Made by a program: the position numbers and the translations under genes. Shown here piece by piece: positions 57,874-64,000 of a stretch of DNA of 64,000 nucleotides. This stretch comes from a virus: IMG/VR virus record IMGVR_UViG_3300020048_000003. One strand, given 5' to 3'. How positions within the stretch are numbered: the first letter of the stretch is position 1; every line of letters begins with the position of its first letter. A model generated the notes under the pieces. The model was given only the letters and a program-made list of their open reading frames with translations, was not told the origin of the DNA and did not search any database.

Positions 57874-58419
57874 CTACAGATAAAAAATTCTGTTAATTTT
57901 TCTCTGGCTATTTATTGTTGGTACTATGGTTAGCACATTTATATTAGTGTTATCTTCAAATAAATTATCAACATTATATTCTAAAATTAAAAAAGCAAGT
58001 AAATCAGGTACTTTAATAGCAATTCTATTTGTTCTAAAATCGCTTGTCATTCTTACTGCAATTTCTTTAAAATGTTCATGAAATAATTTTTTTATTGCTT
58101 TTTCAAATACTTCATTAAATTCTGATATTGAGTCTGATATAGTTCTTACTTCTACTCTATATTTAAATGGATGTTCTTTTGTGTTATACCAAGTAAAATT
58201 TAATTCTTTATTAAAACTTTCATCATATATTTTAGTTACTAGTTCAGCATCATATAAAAAATGATCCTTTTTTATAATAGTTTCAAAATCTATTTCATCA
58301 GCAAATATAGATACATCTGCAAATTTAGCCTCTAAATATAATTGAAAATTTGTTATCATTCTAATATATATTAAAATGATAAAGTAAAAAATTAATATAT
58401 AAAAGAAAAAATATTTCAA
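57874..58419 (-). CDS. hypothetical protein with an N-terminal transmembrane helix
   Basis: ORF track. Confidence 0.45.
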   Translation of the reverse strand: MKYFFFYILIFYFIILIYIRMITNFQLYLEAKFADVSIFADEIDFETIIKKDHFLYDAELVTKIYDESFNKELNFTWYNTKEHPFKYRVEVRTISDSISEFNEVFEKAIKKLFHEHFKEIAVRMTSDFRTNRIAIKVPDLLAFLILEYNVDNLFEDNTNINVLTIVPTINSQRKINRIFYL

Positions 58420-58482
58420 TGAAATATATTAGATTGTTTGAAGATAATAAGATATAAAACAGTTTAAATGGAAACATTTATA

Positions 58483-58512
58483 AAAAAAGAGCCAAAAGGC
58501 TCTTTTTTTATA
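58483..58512 (-). terminator. rho-independent terminator after the helicase gene
   Basis: AGAGCC-TTTT-GGCTCT with a T-run on the minus strand. Confidence 0.55.
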
Positions 58513-60061
58513 AAACTTCATTTAAGAAGTCTTCCATACTTAGTGAGGCAATTCTTTCATCTTCATAATCAGCCTCTACTTCTTCAATATTTTTACCGAT
58601 ATTAGGACACCTTTTTTTCAATTTATTCAATGCTTCTGGTCCATCAATAGTTGGTAATCCATTTGCATCATTTGATATAACCATATCATCAACTGGATTG
58701 AATCCAAAATCTCTCATTTTGTGAATTAGTTCACCAATATGCTCTTTACTATCTTTATTTTCATGTATAATTTCTGGTATAATAACCCAAGCATACTTTT
58801 TAATGAAATCTTTCAAATTTAGAGGGTTTAATACACCATCTTCCAATTTTTTGCGATCTCTTGGATCTGGTCTTGCCGAACGACCATAAGTCTGAAAAAA
58901 TTTAGAATCACTTAATTCTCTTAATGGCATAATCCCTGTGAATCCAGAAATATCAATACCTTCAGCAACTATATCATAGTGTAAAACAATAAGTTCCTTA
59001 CTTGGATCTTCACCATCTATTTTTAATCTTTTAAGAAAATCTTGTCTTGTTGTTTTTTCACCATTTATATTATTACCAATAGCATCATTAGATGAAACCA
59101 TATAAATATTAACACCACGGATATTCCTTAAATAATCATATTCTGGACTATTTAAAAATTTAACCATATCTTTTGTTCCAGTAACACTCAACAACATTTT
59201 TGGTCTAAGTTCAGACACATATTGATGTTGTTTAAATGATTCAAGTATAATATTAGGAATACTATTTTGAAATTCATCTTTATTGAATTCTAAACTTTGA
59301 TTTTTAAGACGAACAAAGTGCATTCTTGGTCTAACCATTTTACCTTTTGAAATTGCTTCCATTGGTGTCATTGTGAATAAATTCTTACCATAAAATTTTT
59401 CGTTGTTCATACCCCTACCTTCAGATGATTCTGAATGAATTTCAGTAGCAGTAAAGAAATAAAAACGATTTGGTTTTAATATTTTTAATAGTTCAAAAAA
59501 TTTACCTTGAACTAAATATTGTGCTTCATCATTCACAACGATTTCAATTTTTTTCTCGTCTTTCAATGAAAGTTCAATTCTATCAGCACTATTATAAGTA
59601 GAAAAGAAAATTAATGGTAAATTTTGGTTTTCAGATTTTTTGATCATTTCTTTTATGATATCTGATGATGTACCATTTGCAATATCAGAATAAGGAATAT
59701 TATCTTCTAAATTTTCATTTGCATTTTCACGAATTTTTTCCAATTCCTGAATATCAGTTTGCCCACCTGAATGAACGCACATATACCTTGCTTCAACACC
59801 AAATTTAACTAAAAATGAATAAACTTCTCTAAGAAGTTGATAAGATAACATAATACGAGGAGCATTTATCACATAAATCCTAAATTTATTAGGATTTTTC
59901 AAAATATCAATAGCAATTATAGCGGCTTGAATCCTTGTTTTACCTGTACCTGTAGGAAGAATAACTTTACCTTTTTTACTTAGGTTAGTTGCTTGTAATG
60001 CTTCTTGTTGGTAGTCATACAAGGAATCTATAATTTGTTTAATTTTATTTTCGTTTTTCAT
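58508..60061 (-). CDS. SF2 (DEAD/DEAH-like, ResIII-type) helicase
   Basis: Motif I ILPTGTGKT, II VNDEAQ, III FSTYNS, VI QTYGRSAR. Start set at MKNENKI (60061) because a class-1 promoter at 60081-60092 lies inside the longer ORF extension. Confidence 0.7.
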   Translation of the reverse strand: MKNENKIKQIIDSLYDYQQEALQATNLSKKGKVILPTGTGKTRIQAAIIAIDILKNPNKFRIYVINAPRIMLSYQLLREVYSFLVKFGVEARYMCVHSGGQTDIQELEKIRENANENLEDNIPYSDIANGTSSDIIKEMIKKSENQNLPLIFFSTYNSADRIELSLKDEKKIEIVVNDEAQYLVQGKFFELLKILKPNRFYFFTATEIHSESSEGRGMNNEKFYGKNLFTMTPMEAISKGKMVRPRMHFVRLKNQSLEFNKDEFQNSIPNIILESFKQHQYVSELRPKMLLSVTGTKDMVKFLNSPEYDYLRNIRGVNIYMVSSNDAIGNNINGEKTTRQDFLKRLKIDGEDPSKELIVLHYDIVAEGIDISGFTGIMPLRELSDSKFFQTYGRSARPDPRDRKKLEDGVLNPLNLKDFIKKYAWVIIPEIIHENKDSKEHIGELIHKMRDFGFNPVDDMVISNDANGLPTIDGPEALNKLKKRCPNIGKNIEEVEADYEDERIASLSMEDFLNEVL

Positions 60062-60113
60062 AGTTTTTCTGTTTTGATACTGCAAAGATACAATAAAATA
60101 TTGGAACAAAAAA

Positions 60114-60710
60114 TTATTTTTTCAATTCCGATGCAATATTCCTGCATAAATCCCAAAAATGAAAGTTGTTATCCAAAAGAGATTTCAAATCTTCAATACC
60201 ATAACATTTAACAAATCCTTTAAACATTTCATTATCTGTATAAAAATTTAATCCTTTTGCAGTAGTGAAAACATAATGTCTTGGCACATCTGTATTGCTC
60301 TCTGGTGCAATAATTTTAAATTTAAACATAGCATCAGCAATGAAGTTACTAAGATGGTCTTCATTTGCGGTTAGAGTTTTCATGGTGTTTGAACGATATT
60401 TAACTTGAATTGCACATTTTTCACGAAGTGAATTTAATCCTGTACCATCAACACCATTATCATCAGATTGAACTGGTTCATACCCAGCAATATTGATTCT
60501 ATTATCATATTGAGAGGTTTTGATAATAAGTTCTACTAAAAATTCAAAACCATCACCAACATATTTATCCCTATCATATCGATCTGGATCAAGTTTACCT
60601 TGTTTTTCAAGTTTTCGCATGAATGTTGACATTTTGTTGGTATCTTTGAATAAAGCAACAATATCATGTGCTCTTTTACCAAATCCGTGTTGAATATCTT
60701 TTGAAGTCAT
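60114..60710 (-). CDS. Mrr-like PD-(D/E)xK restriction-endonuclease-domain protein
   Basis: GYEPVQSDDNGVDGTG...REKCAIQVKYRSN matches the Mrr catalytic core D.G.DG...Q.K. Start set at MTSKDIQ because a promoter at 60734-60744 lies inside the longer ORF. Confidence 0.55.
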   Translation of the reverse strand: MTSKDIQHGFGKRAHDIVALFKDTNKMSTFMRKLEKQGKLDPDRYDRDKYVGDGFEFLVELIIKTSQYDNRINIAGYEPVQSDDNGVDGTGLNSLREKCAIQVKYRSNTMKTLTANEDHLSNFIADAMFKFKIIAPESNTDVPRHYVFTTAKGLNFYTDNEMFKGFVKCYGIEDLKSLLDNNFHFWDLCRNIASELKK

Positions 60711-60767
60711 AGAGGTTTTATTTTTGATTGAAGAGCAAAGGTACAAAATTATATTGAGATAAAAAAA

Positions 60768-61079
60768 TTAAGTTTTAACTTGAACCATAAAATCTACCAT
60801 ATCATCAATTGTGACTTTTGTGAAATCCATATCACAACCTTCTTTATTTGTATCATTTGGTATCAAGATATAATGATATAATAGTTTATATCTATTATCT
60901 TTATTATCTAATAAATATTCATAGATAATATAGTTTAGAGCATGTAGCGGTAATTCATTAATCTTAATATCAGATTTTTTTGGTTTTGTAAATTGCTTAT
61001 TTGAACCAATCTTATATTGATTATTCTGAAGTTTTTCTAAAATTATATCGTAGTATTCTTTAATTGTCATATCAATCAA
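60768..61079 (-). CDS. hypothetical protein
   Basis: ORF track. Confidence 0.4.
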   Translation of the reverse strand: MIDMTIKEYYDIILEKLQNNQYKIGSNKQFTKPKKSDIKINELPLHALNYIIYEYLLDNKDNRYKLLYHYILIPNDTNKEGCDMDFTKVTIDDMVDFMVQVKT

Positions 61080-62547
61080 TAAATTCTTTCCAGAAATCTT
61101 TTCTAAATAATTCTAAAATTTTTGGATATGCCAATGGGTTTCCAGCAGTTGAAACAAATTTAGTATTTAAATTTATATTTTGAAATTTTTTGCTTTTTAA
61201 GCAAATATCAATTTTAGATAAATTCTCAACATCATCAATTATTCCATATGCATATTGTGTCATTCCATATAATCCATTATTATCAATAACACTTGTTGGA
61301 TTTGCACCATTACCTAATATAAGTTTTACAATACCAAAATGTCCATTGGTGTTTTTATTAGACCAATGCAAATTAAATTTATTATCTTTTAACACACTAT
61401 AAATACAAGGATATTTAAATTCTGTTGTCATTTCTTTTGACATAAATGGTTTTCTTGTTTCGTATGCTGAATAACTATGTAGAATTTTAACTTTTTCTTC
61501 ATTATTCTTTGCTAATAATTTTTTAATTTCTGAGAACATCCCATTAGGAATAAATTCCATATCGTTAAGATTAACATTCTCTATTGTACCATCTTGACAT
61601 TTAACAATTGTTTGCTTATTTTTTATTGTATTAATATTATTAATACAATAAAAATCATATGGTGTTGTTGCGTTAAAAGTTTTTTCACCATCTGCACTAT
61701 TATGCATCTCAAGATAAATAATATATTTTGATAATAATAGTTTTTGTATATTTTTATATATTCCATCAACATTTCTCCATCCTGATGGATGAACCATAGT
61801 CATATATCCACCTTCTGATAATACTGAAACATATTTTTCAACAAAAAATTGCCAAATAGATTGTGTTTTTTTAAATCCTTCTTTTTTTTCTTGATATGGT
61901 GGATTTCCAACCATAACATCTAGTTTTTCAATTTTCCATTCATTTTTCATATGTTCATCAAATTCTTTTTCTAAAGAATTGCCCCTATACAAGTTCAATT
62001 TGAACTCATTTCTTGGATCAATACTTACCATCCAAAAGAACATATTTTTTATCTGAAGTTCAGCAACATAAATCATATTTTCAACAATATGTTTATATCT
62101 TTTTTCTTGGTTAGGTTCCCATGATTCAAGACCAATCATCAATCGTTTTATGATTATAACCATAAAATTACCAACACCATTACAAAAATCTCCCCATTTC
62201 AAATTAGGATTATTCCATACCTCAACTGGTAAAGTATCTAGCATGTCATTTATCAACCAAAATGCTGTAAATATTTCACCATATGATTTTTTCTCAACTT
62301 CTCCAACTGGATTATATTTTCTTATTCTTTCAATAACTTTATCTAATTCGGATATTCTATCAATAGATTTTATTTTTATAAGCATATTTTTTAATTCATT
62401 GTCTTTTTTATAACAAAGAGCAGCAAGCATAGCAATTCTTTTTTTCTCTCTAGGTAATCCTTCAATTATAACTCGGATTTTTGCACCATGTTGAGATTCA
62501 ATAATGTCTAAAACACTTTGTTCTATATTGTATATATTATTTTTCAT
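61072..62547 (-). CDS. N6-adenine DNA methyltransferase, gamma class, with a C-terminal target-recognition region
   Basis: Motif I-like WGDFCNGVGNFMVII precedes motif IV VMVGNPPYQ. A class-1 promoter lies at 62578-62590. Confidence 0.7.
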   Translation of the reverse strand: MKNNIYNIEQSVLDIIESQHGAKIRVIIEGLPREKKRIAMLAALCYKKDNELKNMLIKIKSIDRISELDKVIERIRKYNPVGEVEKKSYGEIFTAFWLINDMLDTLPVEVWNNPNLKWGDFCNGVGNFMVIIIKRLMIGLESWEPNQEKRYKHIVENMIYVAELQIKNMFFWMVSIDPRNEFKLNLYRGNSLEKEFDEHMKNEWKIEKLDVMVGNPPYQEKKEGFKKTQSIWQFFVEKYVSVLSEGGYMTMVHPSGWRNVDGIYKNIQKLLLSKYIIYLEMHNSADGEKTFNATTPYDFYCINNINTIKNKQTIVKCQDGTIENVNLNDMEFIPNGMFSEIKKLLAKNNEEKVKILHSYSAYETRKPFMSKEMTTEFKYPCIYSVLKDNKFNLHWSNKNTNGHFGIVKLILGNGANPTSVIDNNGLYGMTQYAYGIIDDVENLSKIDICLKSKKFQNINLNTKFVSTAGNPLAYPKILELFRKDFWKEFID

Positions 62548-62685
62548 TTAGATTGTTTTAAGTTTCTTATTCAACTCTGCAAAAGTACGGATTATTTTTG
62601 AATTAAAAAAACTTTTAGTAATTATAAATGTACTGAATTATTATCCGAATTAAAAATTAAAGTTTATATTTTAATATATAACTAT

Positions 62686-63042
62686 ATGAAATATTTTAAG
62701 TCGTTTGAAGATTACTCTAATTACTCAAGTAATAAGTTAAAATTTCCAGATAAAAATTTCCAGATGGCATTTATGGAGGATATGATGGATGTTTATATGA
62801 ATCCTGAATCTTTTTATAAATTTTATTTCAAAGGTGGCTTAACAAGAGAAATGATGTTAGAGTATATTGATCTTTTTATAAAAGTAAGAGGAGGTAATTT
62901 TTTAGGAGACCTTTTTGATAGAGAAATTTTCAGAGACTTATTACTTTTTAAATTTTTTAATGTACCATTAAGTGATATAGATTCAAATATTGAACCATTT
63001 CTAACTGATTTTGAAGTAGATACAAATAAATATAATCTCTAA
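62686..63042 (+). CDS. family B cassette protein (MKYFKSFEDY ... TNKYNL)
   Basis: Conserved termini. Confidence 0.5.
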   Translation: MKYFKSFEDYSNYSSNKLKFPDKNFQMAFMEDMMDVYMNPESFYKFYFKGGLTREMMLEYIDLFIKVRGGNFLGDLFDREIFRDLLLFKFFNVPLSDIDSNIEPFLTDFEVDTNKYNL

Positions 63043-63071
63043 AAGAGATATTTACAAAAGTAAATTAATTT

Positions 63072-63374
63072 ATGAAATATATCAAACTATTTGAATTACT
63101 TGAACTTGAGCAATATAGTAAATATTGGAAGATAAGAACAGATACACCATACTATAACATTAGTTTAGATAAAATAAAAATGCCAAAAGATATACAAAAA
63201 GATTATTTAGATTCAGAAATAAGAAGAAGATATTTTAAAAATTTAAAATTTGTTTTTATTGCAAAAGAACAAGCAGGAACAGGATTTGAATGGACTTGGA
63301 GTGGTTATGAAACTGAATATAGAAAAAAGTTCAGAAATATGGGTGATCACATCAGAAGATTTAGAAGAATATGA
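63072..63374 (+). CDS. family B cassette protein (MKYIKLFELLE). The KYNL junction downstream is in a different frame.
   Basis: The stop at 63372-63374 precedes the junction element AAATAAATATAATTTATGA, which reads ...VNKYNL in the +1 frame. Confidence 0.45.
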   Translation: MKYIKLFELLELEQYSKYWKIRTDTPYYNISLDKIKMPKDIQKDYLDSEIRRRYFKNLKFVFIAKEQAGTGFEWTWSGYETEYRKKFRNMGDHIRRFRRI

Positions 63375-63404
63375 ATTAAATAAAACTGTAAATAAATATA
63401 ATTT

Positions 63405-63689
63405 ATGAAATATATTAAAACATACGAATCATACATCCAGCCTGGAAACAAAGAAGTAAATTACAAAATAGGTGATATAGTAGTTTGTAGTACTAAAAAA
63501 AAACTTATGAATCCAAATGATCCTGGTAAAGTGCCAATATATGGTAGAAAATATAAAATATTAGATATGTTTCAAAATCAATATCTAACAATACAAGATA
63601 TTGTTGATACTTCTTTTATTCAAATTGGATGGGATAAAAGAAATTTTACATCAGAAATAAAATGGGATTTAAATAATTATAACTTATAA
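63405..63689 (+). CDS. family B cassette protein (MKYIKTYESY ... LNNYNL)
   Basis: Conserved termini. ATGA overlap with the next gene. Confidence 0.5.
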   Translation: MKYIKTYESYIQPGNKEVNYKIGDIVVCSTKKKLMNPNDPGKVPIYGRKYKILDMFQNQYLTIQDIVDTSFIQIGWDKRNFTSEIKWDLNNYNL

Positions 63690-63690
63690 T

Positions 63691-64000
63691 GAAGTACTTA
63701 CAAATATATGAAAGTTGGTATAAAGATTGGTTTCTTAAAAATAAAAAAGAAGAAGAACCAATAATTTATCCTAGTGCTGAAAATCAATATTGGAAACGTA
63801 TTTTTTCAATAACTTTGAATCCAGGATACGGTGCGGTTGTTTTTGATCAAAAACACTTTAATATTGAATTAATTATGAAATTTACGTATGAAATTGATTT
63901 GATGGATGATGGAAAAGGTGGTGAATATCATTTTGACGGAATTTGGAAAACTGCTTTTGATTGGAGTGTTTATTATAAAAATAAGTCTCCCTTATTTGGT
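63691..64000 (+). CDS. family B cassette protein, 3'-truncated by the window end (MKYLQIYESW)
   Basis: Conserved N-terminus. Open to the end of the window. Confidence 0.45.

Overview
This 64-kb window is AT-rich (roughly 25-30% GC by eye), tightly packed, and looks like part of a large virulent phage genome. The host is most plausibly a Bacteroidetes bacterium. Three things point that way: (1) two families of repeated intergenic elements that contain the Bacteroidetes sigma-A -7 box TAnnTTTG directly upstream of minus-strand genes; (2) a TonB-dependent outer-membrane receptor with the N-terminal CarbopepD_reg domain typical of Bacteroidetes; (3) A-rich, Shine-Dalgarno-less translation starts.

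The first 4.3 kb is a cluster of at least 13 tRNA(-like) genes. Several have atypical architecture: long variable arms combined with unexpected anticodons, and three to four Gln-like tRNAs. Small ORFs and a homing-endonuclease-like gene are interspersed among them.

Recognisable proteins elsewhere in the window:
- DNA modification: three DNA methyltransferases of different classes (Dam-like alpha, beta, gamma).
- Nucleases and helicase: a Mrr-like PD-(D/E)xK nuclease, an SF2 helicase, and a frameshifted GIY-YIG endonuclease with five tandem ~38-aa repeats.
- Repair and nucleic-acid enzymes: UV damage endonuclease, a SprT-like metalloprotease, a minimal ATP-dependent ligase, a CCA/poly(A)-polymerase-type nucleotidyltransferase head domain, a gp32-like SSB and a 2OG-Fe(II) oxygenase.
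- Other enzymes and chaperone-type proteins: an ADP-ribosylglycohydrolase, a Dps-like ferritin, a J-domain protein, a SWIM zinc finger, an acyl carrier protein beside a Pol-beta-type nucleotidyltransferase, and a SAM methyltransferase.
- Surface and adhesin-like proteins: a cadherin-like secreted protein and Ig-like repeat proteins.

The most unusual signal is two large families of otherwise unrelated small genes with conserved termini.
- Family B (29.9-39.7 kb and 62.7-64 kb, about 19 members) shares an N-terminal decapeptide M-K-[HY]-[LIV]-[KQ]-x-[YF]-E-x-[FY] and a C-terminal [KR]YNL. Stop and start overlap as ATGA.
- Family A (about 25 members, concentrated at 53.3-56.2 kb) shares a C-terminal tail R-K-x-K-L-x-K-[LI]-x-N(E).

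Both motifs are conserved at the protein level despite synonymous codon changes. Both also occur on proteins that have no adjacent downstream gene. That argues for a peptide signal rather than only a DNA element. Candidates are a capsid-targeting or propeptide tag, a sorting tag, or a degron.

No capsid, portal or terminase genes were recognised in this window.
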